From Meiothermus sp. (GTDB lineage: Bacteria; Deinococcota; Deinococci; Deinococcales; Thermaceae), in assembly GCA_033762915.1 (NCBI GenBank), contig JANRLD010000007.1, positions 32,001-96,000 of the forward strand: a stretch of DNA of 64,000 bases, written 5' to 3'. The notes beneath the pieces are model-generated. The model made no database searches. It worked only from the letters and a program-made list of their open reading frames with translations, and had not been told where the DNA came from. Both the position numbers and the translations under genes were made by a program. This document shows, piece by piece, positions 9,253 through 21,055 of the stretch (positions are counted from its first letter, which is position 1; every line of letters starts with the position of its first letter).

Positions 9253-9792
9253 GGGTGAGGGGTCAGGGAGCAGGGGGCAGGCAACGATGGTAGACCCGAA
9301 TCCTTCGACCACATTATGCACCCGTCACATCCTGGGGGAATGGGGGCTGGGTTTGGGGCGAGTCCTGGCCTGGGCGGCCCGCCAGGGGTCTGACCCATTG
9401 GCGTCCCTCGCAGGCCGCCCGATCCCCCGGGGCAGGGGCTCTCGAGCGCCCCTGAGGCGCTGCTGCGCAACCAGACAGGAAACAGCTCGCGCGGGAGTGC
9501 CTTTAGTGTTTCTGATGCCATGCCGGGGAGCTGGTGGCCTGGGCGGCACCTGCGGCATGCCTGACTGGCCTGCTGTGCCAATCCCGCCCCTTCCTCTGCA
9601 GCTCTAGAGATTCGGGTCGTGGCGGGACTCATCTTGAGCTCCCGTAGCGCCCAAACCGCCGCCTTTGTGGCGTCTGTGCCCATCGGCCCGACCCTGCCCA
9701 CCCTAGCGAGGCGTGCGGGCGACCCCGGACAGGGCGCTGGGTGGTAATGGCCTGGTAACGACCTCCGCGTAGGTTTCTATCCGGAGGCTTTT

Positions 9793-12288
9793 ATGGCTGC
9801 GCATGTCGATTCTGTAGGGCCAAAAACTAGCCCAGCACGCACAAAGACCAAGGCCCCGGCCGTCCTGCCCAAGATGCGCTGGGTGCGCTGGTTTAAGGAA
9901 GTTGGAATTGACGAAGTGCCGTTGGTGGGGGGTAAGAACGCCTCGCTGGGTGAGATGGTGCGCGAGTTGGGCAAGCTGGGGGTGCGGGTGCCCGACGGCT
10001 TCGCGGTTACGGCCGAGGCCTACCACCACTTTCTCCATGCCAACGGCCTCAACGCCCCCATCCGCGAGCAGCTGCGCGAGCTAAACCCCCACGACCCCGA
10101 CGACCTGGCCAAGCGCACCCGGCTGATCCGCAGCCTGATTTTGCGGGCCTCGCTGCCCGAAGACCTCGAGGCCGAGATTCTCGCCGCCTACCGCCAGCTC
10201 TCCCGCGAGGCCAAGACCGAAGACCTAATGGTGGCGGTGCGCTCCAGCGCCACCGCCGAAGACCTCCCCACCGCCAGCTTCGCCGGGCAGCACGAGAGCT
10301 ACCTGGGGGTGCAGGGCGAGTTAGAGGTGATGGAGGCGGTCAGGAAGTGCTTTGCAAGCCTCTATACCGCCCGCGCCACCCGCTACCGGGTGGACATGGA
10401 CTTCCCCCATGAGAAGGTGCTGCTCTCGGTCGGGGTCCAGCGGCTGGTAAGGAGCGACCTCTCCTCCTCGGGGGTGATCTTCACCTTGGATACCGAGAGC
10501 GGTTTTGACGGGGTGGTGATGCTCGAGGGGGTCTGGGGCCTGGGCGAAAACATTGTGCAGGGCAAGTCGACCCCGGACCGCTTCTACATCCACAAGGAGA
10601 CACTGGCCAAAGGCTTCAAGCCGCTGCTGTGGAGGAAGCTGGGGGCCAAGGAGCTCCGCCTGGTCTACGATACCGAGCACCACAAGCTCCGCAACATCCC
10701 CACCACCCCCGGCGAGCGCAAGCGGTGGGTGCTCTCCGAGGAAGACGTGCTGCTGTTGGCCAAGTGGGCTGTCCTAATCGAGCAGCACTACAGCCGTAAG
10801 CGTGGCGTCCCCACTCCGATGGACATCGAGTGGGCCAAGGACGGGATCACCGGCGAGATGTTCATCGTGCAGGCCCGCCCCGAAACCGTCCACAGCCGCA
10901 AGAGCCCCACCATCAAGACCTACACCCTGCAACAGCAGGGCAAGGTGCTGGTCGAGGGGCTGGCGGTGGGCGAGAAGATCGCCACCGGACAGGCCAAGGT
11001 CATCCGCGACCCTAAGGCCATGAACCAGATTAAGCCCGGTGACATTCTGGCCACTGTCACCACCAACCCCGACTGGGAACCCATCATGAAGATCGCCAGC
11101 GCCATCGTGACCGAGCGCGGCGGACGCACCTCCCACGCGGCGATCGTGGCCCGTGAGCTGGGCATCCCGGCGGTGGTGGGCGCGGCGGGTGCGACCAAGG
11201 CCCTGGCCGGGGTCGGCCAGGTCACCGTCTCCTGCGCCCAGGGCGAGGTGGGGCGGGTTTACGAGGGCGCCCTGAAATTCGCCGTGGACGAATTCGACCC
11301 CTACCAGGTTGGCCCCACCCGCACCCAGATCATGATGAACGTGGGCAACCCCGAGCAGGCCTTTCACACGGCCCTCCTCCCCAACGACGGGGTGGGGCTG
11401 GCCCGGATGGAGTTCATCTTCGCCGATTGGGTAGGGGTTCACCCACTGGCCCTGCTGCACCCCGACAAGCTGCGCCCGGAGGTACGGCGCGGGATCGAGG
11501 CCAAAACCCAAGGCTACAAGAGCGGGCGTGAGTTCTTCATCGATCGGCTGAGCCAAGGCATCGCGGTGCTGGCGGCGGCCTTCTACCCCAAGCCCGTTAT
11601 CCTGCGGATGAGCGACTTCAAGACCAACGAGTACGTCAAGCTGCTGGGCGGCGAGCCCTTCGAGCCCTTCGAGGAGAACCCCATGATCGGCTGGCGCGGG
11701 GCCAGCCGCTACTACCACCCCGACTACAAAGAAGGTTTCATGCTCGAGGTCGAGGCGGTGCGGCGCGTGCGCGACCAGATGGGCCTGACCAACCTGGTGG
11801 TGATGATCCCCTTCTGCCGCACGGTGGAGGAGGGCAAGCAGGTGCTGGCCACCATGAAGGAAGGCGGCCTCGAGCGGGGCAAGAACGGTCTGGAAGTCTA
11901 CGTGATGGCCGAGGTTCCCTCCAACGTGATTCTGGCCGAGGAGTTCAGCCAGGTCTTCGACGGATTCTCGATTGGCTCCAACGACCTGACCCAGCTGGTG
12001 TTGGGCGTCGACCGCGACTCCACCCAGGTCGCCGCCCTCTTCGACGAGCGCAACGGCGCCGTCAAGTGGGCCTGCGCCGAGCTGATCGCCAAGGCCCACA
12101 AGCACGGCAGGAAAGTGGGAATCTGCGGCCAGGCCCCGTCCGACTACCCCGAGTTCGCGGCCTTCCTGGTGGACGTGGGCATCGACTCGATCAGCCTGAA
12201 CCCCGACTCGGTGGTGCGGACCAAGCAGCGAATCCTGGAAGCTGAGGGCCGCAGACAGCCGGCGGGAGGCAGGAGGCAGAAGCGATGA
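9793..12288 (+). CDS. ppsA: Phosphoenolpyruvate synthase
   Basis: VGGKNASLGE, VRSSATAEDLP, GGRTSHAAI phospho-His, SDFKTNEY, GICGQAPSD; GGAGG RBS. Confidence 0.97.
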   Translation: MAAHVDSVGPKTSPARTKTKAPAVLPKMRWVRWFKEVGIDEVPLVGGKNASLGEMVRELGKLGVRVPDGFAVTAEAYHHFLHANGLNAPIREQLRELNPHDPDDLAKRTRLIRSLILRASLPEDLEAEILAAYRQLSREAKTEDLMVAVRSSATAEDLPTASFAGQHESYLGVQGELEVMEAVRKCFASLYTARATRYRVDMDFPHEKVLLSVGVQRLVRSDLSSSGVIFTLDTESGFDGVVMLEGVWGLGENIVQGKSTPDRFYIHKETLAKGFKPLLWRKLGAKELRLVYDTEHHKLRNIPTTPGERKRWVLSEEDVLLLAKWAVLIEQHYSRKRGVPTPMDIEWAKDGITGEMFIVQARPETVHSRKSPTIKTYTLQQQGKVLVEGLAVGEKIATGQAKVIRDPKAMNQIKPGDILATVTTNPDWEPIMKIASAIVTERGGRTSHAAIVARELGIPAVVGAAGATKALAGVGQVTVSCAQGEVGRVYEGALKFAVDEFDPYQVGPTRTQIMMNVGNPEQAFHTALLPNDGVGLARMEFIFADWVGVHPLALLHPDKLRPEVRRGIEAKTQGYKSGREFFIDRLSQGIAVLAAAFYPKPVILRMSDFKTNEYVKLLGGEPFEPFEENPMIGWRGASRYYHPDYKEGFMLEVEAVRRVRDQMGLTNLVVMIPFCRTVEEGKQVLATMKEGGLERGKNGLEVYVMAEVPSNVILAEEFSQVFDGFSIGSNDLTQLVLGVDRDSTQVAALFDERNGAVKWACAELIAKAHKHGRKVGICGQAPSDYPEFAAFLVDVGIDSISLNPDSVVRTKQRILEAEGRRQPAGGRRQKR

Positions 12289-12510
12289 TCCACAGGCCAA
12301 AGCGGGCAAGGGGTGAAGCGGGCAGACTGCCGGGGCTGACCTCCGGAGTGTGTATTGCCCCCCGGCCTGACTGCAGTCCAGGCCGGGATTGCGCCCAGCC
12401 GGCGTGCGAGCCGGCGGCAGTTTGTGCATCCTACGTGGGCGCACCTTAGCCAAGGCCAAGGTCGCAGTTGACCCTCAACCCGTCCTAGTCCTTTACCCAA
12501 GGAGGTCCCC

Positions 12511-13644
12511 GTGGAACAAGGCCGGTTCGCACTCGAGCCCCAGGCCCTCGAGCAACTGCTCCATGCCCTGGAGCGGCGCGGCTACACCACCCTCGGGCCG
12601 CAGGTTCGTGATGGGGCGATTGTGTACGACCGGCTCGAGCGGCCCCAGGACTTGCCCGTCGGCTGGGTGGACTGGCAGGAGGGCGGAACCTATAAGCTGT
12701 ACCGCCGCTCCGATCAGGCCTTTTTCGGCTACACGGTGGGGCCGGATAGCTGGAAGAAGTTCCTGCACCCGCCCGTGCTGCGGCTGTTCAGCACGGAGCG
12801 GGCGGACGGGGGCTTTAACGTCCAGGCGGAACTCGAGGCCGTGCCCCGGTACGCCTTCATCGGGGTGCGGGCCTGCGAGTTAAGGGCCATCGCCATTCAG
12901 GACAAGGTGTTTCTTGGCGGCCCCTACCAAGACCCTCACTACAAGGCCCGGCGCGAGCAGGCCTTCATCGTGGCCGTGAACTGTGGTCACGCGGGCAACA
13001 CCTGTTTCTGCGCCTCGGTGGGCAGCGGCCCCAAGGCCACGGCGGGCTTTGACCTGGCGCTGACGGAGCTGATCGAGGAGGGTCGGCACTACTTCGTGGG
13101 CGAGGTGGGGAGCGGGCTGGGGGCCGAAGTCCTGGGCGAAATCACCCACCGACCCGCCACGCCTTACGAACAGAGCCGGGCAGACGCCGTCGTGACCGCG
13201 ACCGCCCAGCACATGGGCCGGAGCCTCGAGACCGGGGGGGTTAAGGAACTGCTCTATCAAAACCTCGAGCATCCCCGTTGGGAGGCCGTGGCCGAACGCT
13301 GCCTGAGCTGCGGCAACTGCACCCAGGTCTGCCCGACCTGCTTCTGCACCGCCGTAGAGGACCACACCGACCTCGCGGGCCAGAAGGCCGAACGAACCCG
13401 CCGCTGGGACTCCTGCTTCACTGCCGACTTTTCCTATCTGCACGGGGGCAGCGTGCGGGTCTCCACCCGGGCCCGCTACCGACAGTGGCTGACCCACAAG
13501 CTGGCCACCTGGCAGGACCAGTTCGGCTCGCTGGGCTGCGTGGGCTGTGGGCGCTGCATCACCTGGTGCCCGGTGGGAATTGACCTCACCCAGGAGGTCG
13601 GCGCGATCGGAGGAGGCTATGTCCAGACTGAACCCGGAGCATGA
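12511..13644 (+). CDS. Group 3b [NiFe]-hydrogenase beta subunit (4Fe-4S, AsrA-like)
   Basis: [16 protein letters not shown] and [26 protein letters not shown]. Confidence 0.9.
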   Translation: MEQGRFALEPQALEQLLHALERRGYTTLGPQVRDGAIVYDRLERPQDLPVGWVDWQEGGTYKLYRRSDQAFFGYTVGPDSWKKFLHPPVLRLFSTERADGGFNVQAELEAVPRYAFIGVRACELRAIAIQDKVFLGGPYQDPHYKARREQAFIVAVNCGHAGNTCFCASVGSGPKATAGFDLALTELIEEGRHYFVGEVGSGLGAEVLGEITHRPATPYEQSRADAVVTATAQHMGRSLETGGVKELLYQNLEHPRWEAVAERCLSCGNCTQVCPTCFCTAVEDHTDLAGQKAERTRRWDSCFTADFSYLHGGSVRVSTRARYRQWLTHKLATWQDQFGSLGCVGCGRCITWCPVGIDLTQEVGAIGGGYVQTEPGA

Positions 13645-14092
13645 ACGCTACCTTGCCGAGCACCCCTTTTTCGCGGGCCTGAACACCAAGGACATCGCCT
13701 GGCTGGCCGATCTGGCCCGGCCCCTCGAGCTTGCTGCCGGGGAGTATCTCTATCACGAGGGTGACCCGTCCAGTGAGTTCTATGTGATGCGGGAAGGGCT
13801 GATCCGGCTCGAGGCCCATACCCCGGGGCGCGGGTTCCTGATCATCCAGACCCTGGAGGCGGGCGAGGTACTGGGCTGGTCTTGGATGATGCCCGAGGTG
13901 CGCAAGACCTTCGACGCCCGGGTGCTCAAGGCGGCCCACCTGCTGGCCTTCGAGGCCGAGGCCGTGCGGCGCCGCTGCGAGCAGGATCACCACCTGGGGT
14001 ACGAGCTGTGCAAGCGCTTCTCGAGGGTGATCGGCGACCGGCTGCAGGCCACCCGGTTCCGCCTACTGGACTTGTATGGTCAGCCCCATTAG
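13619..14092 (+). CDS. Stand-alone cyclic nucleotide-binding domain protein
   Basis: [28 protein letters not shown] cNMP fold, no HTH; AGGAGG RBS. Confidence 0.88.
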   Translation: MSRLNPEHERYLAEHPFFAGLNTKDIAWLADLARPLELAAGEYLYHEGDPSSEFYVMREGLIRLEAHTPGRGFLIIQTLEAGEVLGWSWMMPEVRKTFDARVLKAAHLLAFEAEAVRRRCEQDHHLGYELCKRFSRVIGDRLQATRFRLLDLYGQPH

Positions 14093-14942
14093 CTCCCCTC
14101 CGCGGACCGACCCCATGCTGCCCCGGCCCTTTCGGGTGGCGCGGGTTCGGCGCGAGACCGCCGACGTGGCGACGCTGGAGCTCGAGGCCCTGGACGGCCT
14201 CCCCCTGAACTTCGCCCCCGGCCAGTTCACCATGCTCTACGCCTTCGGAGTCGGCGAGGCGCCGGTCTCGATCAGCGGTGATGCCGAAAAGCCCGAACGC
14301 CTGGTGCACACCATCCGCTCGGTGGGCCGGGTGACGCAAGCCCTGTGCGGGCTGCGAAAGGGCGAAACCGTGGGGGTTCGCGGGCCGTTCGGGAGCGGCT
14401 GGCCGCTTGAGCGGGCCAGGGGCGGCGACGTGGTGATGGTGGCGGGCGGGATCGGGCTACCCCCGCTGCGCCCGGTGATTTACCACCTCCTGCACCACCG
14501 CAAGGAGTATGGGCGGGTCTATCTGCTCTACGGCGCACGAACCCCTGACGACCTGCTCTTCCCCGAGGAACTCAAGCGCTGGCAGCACACCCTTTCGTTG
14601 GCTCCGGGCTCGAGTCCGGTTCTGGTGACGGTTGACCGTGCCCCCGAGAGTTGGGACGGGGCGGTGGGGGTGGTGACCGGCCTGATTCCGGGGCTGCGCC
14701 TGGACCCCGCCCATACCACCGCGATGATGGTCGGCCCCGAGGTGATGATGCGCTTCACCGTGACCGGGCTGCTCGAGCGGGGGCTGAAGGCCCCAGACCT
14801 CTACCTCTCGATGGAGCGCAATATGAAGTGCGCGGTGGGGTTCTGTGGCCACTGCCAGCTGGGGCCGCACTTCGTCTGCAAGGACGGGCCGGTGTTCGCG
14901 CTGCCCCAGTTGAACGGCTGGCTGGGGCGTAAGGAGGTCTGA
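14076..14942 (+). CDS. Group 3b hydrogenase gamma subunit (FAD/NAD(P)-binding, 2Fe-2S)
   Basis: [38 protein letters not shown]. Confidence 0.9.
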   Translation: MVSPISSPPRTDPMLPRPFRVARVRRETADVATLELEALDGLPLNFAPGQFTMLYAFGVGEAPVSISGDAEKPERLVHTIRSVGRVTQALCGLRKGETVGVRGPFGSGWPLERARGGDVVMVAGGIGLPPLRPVIYHLLHHRKEYGRVYLLYGARTPDDLLFPEELKRWQHTLSLAPGSSPVLVTVDRAPESWDGAVGVVTGLIPGLRLDPAHTTAMMVGPEVMMRFTVTGLLERGLKAPDLYLSMERNMKCAVGFCGHCQLGPHFVCKDGPVFALPQLNGWLGRKEV

Positions 14943-14943
14943 G

Positions 14944-15726
14944 GTGCGGCTGAAGACCCAAAAACCCAGGCTCGCGGTCTGGAAATTCGCCTCCTGCGAC
15001 GGCTGCCAGCTCTCTATCCTTGACTGCGAAGACGAACTGCTGGAACTGGCCGGGGTGGTGGAGATCGCCAACTTCCTCGAGGCCTCCTCGGCCGTCTCGC
15101 CCGGCCCCTACGACCTCTCGCTGGTCGAGGGCTCCATCACCACCCCGCACGATGCCAAGCGCATCCAGGCGGTCCGCCGGAACTCGAAATTCCTGGTGAC
15201 CCTCGGAGCCTGCGCGACCTCGGGCGGCATCCAGGCGCTAAGGAATTTCGCCGATGTGGGGGAGTTTGCCCGGGTCGTCTACGCCCACCCCGAGTACATC
15301 CACGCCCTGACCCGGTCCAGCCCCATTTCCGAGCATGTCCGGGTGGACTTCGAGCTGCGCGGATGCCCGGTCAGCAAGGCCCAGTTGCTCGAGGTGGTCT
15401 CGGCCTACCTGAACGGGCGCAAGCCCAACATCCCCGGCCACAGCGTTTGCCTCGAGTGCAAGGCCCGGGGCACCCCCTGCGTGATGGTGGCGGGCGGCAT
15501 TCCCTGCCTAGGGCCAGTGACGCAGGCCGGGTGCGGCGCCATCTGCCCGGCCTACCAGCGGGGCTGCTACGCCTGTTTCGGGCCGCAAGAGAGCCCCAAC
15601 CCGCCGTCCTTGAGCCGCTGGTGGACCCGGCTGGGGGTAGACGAGGCCGCGCAGCAACGGGCCTTCCGCAGCTTCAACGCCGGGGCCGAGAGCTTTAGCA
15701 AGGAGGCGGCGCGTCATGGGCAATAA
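14944..15726 (+). CDS. Group 3b hydrogenase small (delta) subunit
   Basis: [41 protein letters not shown]. Confidence 0.92.
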   Translation: MRLKTQKPRLAVWKFASCDGCQLSILDCEDELLELAGVVEIANFLEASSAVSPGPYDLSLVEGSITTPHDAKRIQAVRRNSKFLVTLGACATSGGIQALRNFADVGEFARVVYAHPEYIHALTRSSPISEHVRVDFELRGCPVSKAQLLEVVSAYLNGRKPNIPGHSVCLECKARGTPCVMVAGGIPCLGPVTQAGCGAICPAYQRGCYACFGPQESPNPPSLSRWWTRLGVDEAAQQRAFRSFNAGAESFSKEAARHGQ

Positions 15727-17002
15727 GACCATCCGAGTACGCAACCTGTCCCGCGTTGAGGGCGAGGGGGCCCTGTACGTGCGCGTCCGAGGCGGGAGGC
15801 TCGAGGAAGTAGAGCTCAACATCTTCGAGCCCCCGCGCTTTTTCGAGGCCTTTCTGCGAGGGCGCAGCTTCGCCGAAGTCCCCGACCTCACCGCCCGAAT
15901 CTGCGGCATCTGCCCGGTGGCCTACCAGATGAGTTCGTGCCAGGCCCTGGAAGCCGCCCTGGGCCTCGAGGTGGTCGGCCCGTTGCGGGAGTTGAGGCGG
16001 CTGCTCTACTGCGGCGAGTGGATCGAGAGCCACGCACTGCACATCTATTTCCTGCACGCCCCAGACTTCCTGGGCTACCCCGACGCGGTGCGGCTGGCCC
16101 AGGATCAGCCCGAACTGGTCCGGCAAGCCCTGCGGCTCAAGAAGACCGGCAACCAGCTCATGACCCTGCTGGGCGGGCGGGAGATTCATCCGGTCAACGT
16201 GAAGGTGGGCGGCTTTTACCGCGTCCCGCGCAAGGCCGAGCTGCTGGCGATGCGGGAGAGGCTCGAGCAGGCCCGCGAAATCGCCTACCAGACGGTTCGC
16301 TTCACCGGCCAGCTGGACTTCCCCGACTTCGAGCCCGACTACACCTTCGTCTCACTGCGGCAGGAGGGCGAGTACCCCATTCTGCAGGGCCGCGTGGTCT
16401 CGAGCCGGGGTCTGGACATCGCGGTGCCGGAGTTTGAGCGCCACTTCCACGAGGAGCACGTCGCCCATTCCAACGCGCTGCACTGCACCCTCGAGGGACA
16501 ACCCTATCTGGTGGGGCCGCTGGCCCGCTACAGCCTGAACTCACAGCGGCTGCCGGCTTCGGTCCAGGCGGCGGCAAGGGAGGCCGGGCTGAAGCCGGTC
16601 TGCCGCAACCCCTTCCAAAGCATCGTGGTGCGGGCGGTCGAGACCTTGTACGCCTGTGAGGAGGCGCTGCGCATCATCGGAGAGTACGAGGAGCCCGACG
16701 CCCCCAGCCTGAAGGCGGAGCCGAAGGCCGGCGTGGGGTGGGGCGCGAGCGAGGCCCCCCGTGGAATTCTGTATCACCGCTACCGGGTGGATGAGCAGGG
16801 GTTGGTCCGGGAGGCCCAGATCGTCCCCCCAACCTCGCAGAACCAGAAGATGATCGAGGCCGACCTGCGGCGGATGGTGGCGGCCAACCTCGAGCTGCCC
16901 GAGCCCGAGCTGACCTTGCGCTGCGAACAGACCATCCGCAATTACGACCCCTGTATCTCCTGCGCCACCCACTTTCTGCGGCTGGAGATCGAACATGTCT
17001 GA
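15716..17002 (+). CDS. Group 3b [NiFe]-hydrogenase large (alpha) subunit
   Basis: RVEGEG, L1 RICGICP, EAPRG, L2 DPCISCATH followed by a cleavable tail. Confidence 0.95.
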   Translation: MGNKTIRVRNLSRVEGEGALYVRVRGGRLEEVELNIFEPPRFFEAFLRGRSFAEVPDLTARICGICPVAYQMSSCQALEAALGLEVVGPLRELRRLLYCGEWIESHALHIYFLHAPDFLGYPDAVRLAQDQPELVRQALRLKKTGNQLMTLLGGREIHPVNVKVGGFYRVPRKAELLAMRERLEQAREIAYQTVRFTGQLDFPDFEPDYTFVSLRQEGEYPILQGRVVSSRGLDIAVPEFERHFHEEHVAHSNALHCTLEGQPYLVGPLARYSLNSQRLPASVQAAAREAGLKPVCRNPFQSIVVRAVETLYACEEALRIIGEYEEPDAPSLKAEPKAGVGWGASEAPRGILYHRYRVDEQGLVREAQIVPPTSQNQKMIEADLRRMVAANLELPEPELTLRCEQTIRNYDPCISCATHFLRLEIEHV

Positions 17003-17489
17003 GGTCTTGGCGGGCGGGTATGGCCCGCCCTACGTTATTGCGGTAGGCAACCCGTACCGGCAGGACGACGGGGTGGGGCCGTGGGTGGCCCGGCGGCTGC
17101 GGGAGGTGGGCCTCGAGGTGCACGAGGTCGGCGACGACCTGACCTGCCTTTCGGAGGCCTGGTCGGGCGTAGACCGTGCGGTCCTGATCGAGGCGGTCTC
17201 TTCCGGCGTGGGGCCCGGAACCCTCCACGTCTTCGAGGTCGGCGACGGGCCTCTGCCTGCGGTCTTCTCGCGCTTTTCGAGCCACACCGTCGGTTTGGCG
17301 GAGGCCGTCGAGCTGTCTCGAGTCCTGGGAACGCTGCCCAACTCGGTGCTGATCTACGGCATCGAGGGCCGGTGCTTTGGCATGGGCGCGGGGCTGAGCC
17401 CCGAGGTCGAGAAGGCCGCCGGGGCAGTCGTGGCCAGGGTCCTGAGCGACTTCGCCCTTTTTGCGGCAAGACCCACGGGTTCGGGCTAG
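16995..17489 (+). CDS. Hydrogenase maturation protease
   Basis: [11 protein letters not shown] and SSH motifs; follows the large subunit. Confidence 0.9.
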   Translation: MSEVLAGGYGPPYVIAVGNPYRQDDGVGPWVARRLREVGLEVHEVGDDLTCLSEAWSGVDRAVLIEAVSSGVGPGTLHVFEVGDGPLPAVFSRFSSHTVGLAEAVELSRVLGTLPNSVLIYGIEGRCFGMGAGLSPEVEKAAGAVVARVLSDFALFAARPTGSG

Positions 17490-17514
17490 ACCCCGAGCCT
17501 TGAGGGGGTGGACG

Positions 17515-20346
17515 TTGACCATCTCCAAGCCAAGCACTTCCGCATCGGGCGCACCGAATTCGCTCGAGGCCCTCTCCGCCCGCGAGGTCTACGCTGCGCT
17601 GAACACCGGCCCGGACGGCCTGGAGCCGCTCGAGGCCGCCGCCCGGCTGGGTCGGTACGGGCGCAACGTGCTGAGTGAAGCTCGAGGGAGGCCGCTTTTG
17701 GTCCGGTTCCTCGGCAACTTCACGCACCTGATGGCCCTGCTGCTGTGGGCGGGCGGGCTGGTGGCTTTCGCGGCGCGTATGCCCCAGCTGGGCGTGGCGG
17801 TTTGGCTGGTCAACCTGATAAATGGGGCGTTTTCCTTCTGGCAGGAGTTCAAGGCCGAGCGGGCCACCGAGGCACTTAAGAAGCTGCTCCCCAGCTACGC
17901 CCGCGTGCTGCGCGGCGGGCAGGAGCAGCGCGTCGCCGCCGATGAGTTGGTGCCCGGGGACGTGATGCTGCTTTCAGAGGGCGATCACATCTCCGCCGAC
18001 GGGAGGCTCTTGGAGAGCGCCGAGCTGCAGGTGGATCAGTCCACCCTCACGGGCGAGTCGCGACCGGTGCGCCGCAGCGCCGAGGCGGTGAAGCCCAACG
18101 GTCTGTCCAGGTCCGAATTGCCCAACCTGGTCTTCGCCGGAACCAGCGTGGTGGCGGGCAGCGGGCGGGCTGTGGTGGTTGCTACCGCAATGGAGACCGA
18201 GTTCGGCAGGATTGCCCGCCTGACCCAGACCTTGGGGGATGAACTCAGCCCGCTACAAAAAGAGATTGCGGTGTTGACCCGGGCGGTCACGCTTATCGCG
18301 GTCGCGGTAGGGGTGCTCTTCTTCGGGCTGGCGGTCTGGATGGCCCACATGCCGCCGGCCGAGGGCTTTATCTTCGGGCTGGGGATGATCGTGGCCTTCG
18401 TGCCCGAGGGGCTGCTCCCCACCGTGACCCTGGCGCTGGCGCTGGGCGTGCAGCGGATGGCCGGCCGGCACGCGCTGATCAAGCGCCTCTCGGCGGTCGA
18501 GACCCTGGGCTGCACCAGCGTGATCTGCACCGACAAGACCGGCACCCTGACCCAAAACGAGATGACCGTGCGGGAGATCTGGGCTGGTGGGGTGCAGTTC
18601 AGCGTCGGTGGGGTAGGGTACGGCCCGGAGGGAGAAATCGCCGAAGCGGTAGGGGCGTTTGCAGGGAAGCGGCACATTGCCTCTCTGCAGGATGCCGTTT
18701 TGCGTGAGTGCCTGACCGCTGCGGCGCTGTGTAACAACGCCCGGCTGTTGCCGCCGGGCGGCGACTCGTCGCGCTGGAGCGTGTTGGGCGACACCACCGA
18801 GGCCGCGCTGCTGGTGGCGGCACGTAAAGGCGGGGTTGACCTCGAGGCCGCCTACGCCCGGTCGCCCCGCCTGCGTGAGCTGCCCTTTGACCCCCGCCGC
18901 AAGCGCATGAGCACGGTTCACCAAGTGGGCGGGGGGCGTACCGCCTACATAAAGGGTGCGCCCAAAGAGGTGCTGGGGCTGTGCTCGCGGCTTCGACTCG
19001 AGGGACACGACCGGCCCATAAGCGACCAGCTGCGCGAGGAGGTCGTGGCGGCCAACGACCAGTACGCCAGGGCCGGTCTGCGGGTGCTGGCCATTGCGCG
19101 GCGTGATTTGCCCCAGAAGTACTCCGGCTTCACCCCCGAGGAACTCGAGCAAGACCTGACCTTTCTGGGGCTCATGGCCATGTTCGACCCTCCCCGGCCC
19201 CAGGTTTCAACGGCCGTAGAACAGTGCCACCGTGCCGGTATCCGCATCGTGATGATCACCGGCGACTACGGCCTCACCGCCGAGAGCATCGCAAGGCGCA
19301 TCGGCATCGTGCGGGGCGAGCGGCCCCGGATTGTGACCGGCCTCGAGCTGGCCCAGATGTCCGAAGTGGAGTTGCGGGCCGCGCTGGGCGAGGAGGTAAT
19401 CTTTGCTCGAGTGGCCCCCGAGGACAAGCTGCGCGTGGTGGCGGCGCTGCAAGACGCGGGCCATGTCGTCGCGGTCACCGGCGACGGAGTCAACGACGCG
19501 CCGGCACTCAAGAAGGCCGACATCGGGGTGGCGATGGGGATCACCGGCACCGACGTGGCCAAGGAGGCCGCCGACATGATCCTCACCGACGACAACTTCG
19601 CCTCTATGGTGGGGGCCGTCGAGGAGGGCCGCACCGTATACGCCAACATCAAAAAGTTCACCACCTACATCTTCACCTCCAACACCCCTGAGGCCGTACC
19701 CTTCATCGTCTACGCCTTCAGCGGGGGGCAAATCCCGCTGGCCTTGAACGTGATGCAGATTCTGGCCGTAGACCTGGGCACCGACCTGGTGCCCGCGCTG
19801 GCGCTGGGAGCCGAGCCGCCCGAGCCGGGCGTGATGGAGCGCCCGCCGCGCAAGCTATCCGAGCATGTCGTTACGCCGGGGCTGCTGGCCAGGGCCTACC
19901 TCTGGCTGGGCCCGATCCAGAGCCTGGCCGCCATGTCCGCCTTTTTCTACTTGTTCTGGACCAGCGGGTACTGGGGCCAGTTCGTGGGCCTGCCCGGCTC
20001 CGGGCCGCTCTACCAGGCCGCGACCGCGATGGCGCTGGGGGCGGTGGTCTTCACCCAGGTCGGCAACCTCTTCGCCCAGCGCACCGAGCGCGGATCGGTC
20101 TTTCGAATCGGGATGCGCACCAACCGCCTGATCTGGGCGGGCATCGCCACCGAGATGCTGGTGCTGGTGCTGATCGTTTACGTCCCCTTCTTCCAAAACG
20201 TCTTCGGCACGGCCACCTTCGGCCTTCAGGGTTGGCTCTTCCTGCTGGCCTGGATGCCTGCCTTGCTGGTGGCGGATGAGCTGCGGAAGTGGGTGGTGCG
20301 AAGGAGAGCGGGCGGGTGGTTGGGGCGGGGGTCAGGGAAGACATAG
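17515..20346 (+). CDS. P-type cation-transporting ATPase, Na,K-ATPase-like (type IIC-like)
   Basis: TGES, VPEGL, DKTGTLT, TGDGVND, TSNTPE, DLGTDLVPA; start uncertain (TTG 17515). Confidence 0.9.
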   Translation: MTISKPSTSASGAPNSLEALSAREVYAALNTGPDGLEPLEAAARLGRYGRNVLSEARGRPLLVRFLGNFTHLMALLLWAGGLVAFAARMPQLGVAVWLVNLINGAFSFWQEFKAERATEALKKLLPSYARVLRGGQEQRVAADELVPGDVMLLSEGDHISADGRLLESAELQVDQSTLTGESRPVRRSAEAVKPNGLSRSELPNLVFAGTSVVAGSGRAVVVATAMETEFGRIARLTQTLGDELSPLQKEIAVLTRAVTLIAVAVGVLFFGLAVWMAHMPPAEGFIFGLGMIVAFVPEGLLPTVTLALALGVQRMAGRHALIKRLSAVETLGCTSVICTDKTGTLTQNEMTVREIWAGGVQFSVGGVGYGPEGEIAEAVGAFAGKRHIASLQDAVLRECLTAAALCNNARLLPPGGDSSRWSVLGDTTEAALLVAARKGGVDLEAAYARSPRLRELPFDPRRKRMSTVHQVGGGRTAYIKGAPKEVLGLCSRLRLEGHDRPISDQLREEVVAANDQYARAGLRVLAIARRDLPQKYSGFTPEELEQDLTFLGLMAMFDPPRPQVSTAVEQCHRAGIRIVMITGDYGLTAESIARRIGIVRGERPRIVTGLELAQMSEVELRAALGEEVIFARVAPEDKLRVVAALQDAGHVVAVTGDGVNDAPALKKADIGVAMGITGTDVAKEAADMILTDDNFASMVGAVEEGRTVYANIKKFTTYIFTSNTPEAVPFIVYAFSGGQIPLALNVMQILAVDLGTDLVPALALGAEPPEPGVMERPPRKLSEHVVTPGLLARAYLWLGPIQSLAAMSAFFYLFWTSGYWGQFVGLPGSGPLYQAATAMALGAVVFTQVGNLFAQRTERGSVFRIGMRTNRLIWAGIATEMLVLVLIVYVPFFQNVFGTATFGLQGWLFLLAWMPALLVADELRKWVVRRRAGGWLGRGSGKT

Positions 20347-20401
20347 CCCGTGCCGCATGGCTCTCGCCCAATGTCAGCCGCTGCCCGCCCAAAGGAGACC
20401 T

Positions 20402-21055
20402 ATGAACTTCATCATCGTCGGCTGCGGTCGGATGGGCTCAGGGCTGGCCCAGGGCCTCGAGCAGCGTGGACACGGGGTCACGGTAATAGACCGCGACCCG
20501 GCGGCCCTCGAGACCCTCGGCCCCGGCTTCTCGGGGCGGCGGGTGGTGGGGGTTGGGTTTGATCGGGAGGTGCTCGAGCAGGCGGGTATATCCCGTGCCG
20601 ACGGACTGGCTGCCGTCACCAACTCCGACGAGACCAACATCGTCACCGCTCGAGTGGCCCGGGGTATCTTTCGTGTCCCCCGGGTGGTGGCGCGGGTTTA
20701 CGACCCCCGCAAGGCCGAGGTGTACCGCCGGCTGGGCCTCGAGACCATCTCCACCACCGTCTGGGGCGTGGGCCGCATCGCCGAGCTGCTCACCTACACC
20801 AACCTCAACGTCGTCGAGAGCTTGGGCGAGCAGGTGGACCTAATAGAGGCTGAGGTCCCCCCCACGCTGGCGGGCCGCCGGGTGGGCGACCTGACCATTC
20901 CGGGCGAAGTGCTGGTGGTCACCTTGGCTAGGGGCGGCAAGACCGTTCTGCCGCTGGCGGGCTCTGCCCTCGAGGCGGGTGACCGCGTTCGGCTGGCGGT
21001 TTTCACCCCCTCGGCGGATCGGCTCAAGGCGCTTTTGGAAGGGGGCGGGCTGTGA
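20402..21055 (+). CDS. TrkA family RCK protein 1
   Basis: IIVGCGRMG NAD-binding motif, TrkA-N plus TrkA-C; AAGGAG RBS. Confidence 0.9.
   Translation: MNFIIVGCGRMGSGLAQGLEQRGHGVTVIDRDPAALETLGPGFSGRRVVGVGFDREVLEQAGISRADGLAAVTNSDETNIVTARVARGIFRVPRVVARVYDPRKAEVYRRLGLETISTTVWGVGRIAELLTYTNLNVVESLGEQVDLIEAEVPPTLAGRRVGDLTIPGEVLVVTLARGGKTVLPLAGSALEAGDRVRLAVFTPSADRLKALLEGGGL

Noticed and set aside
9253..9792. ORFs and DosR/FNR-like boxes between rnr and ppsA
   Set aside because: Translations are not protein-like and the motif matches are too weak in GC-rich DNA
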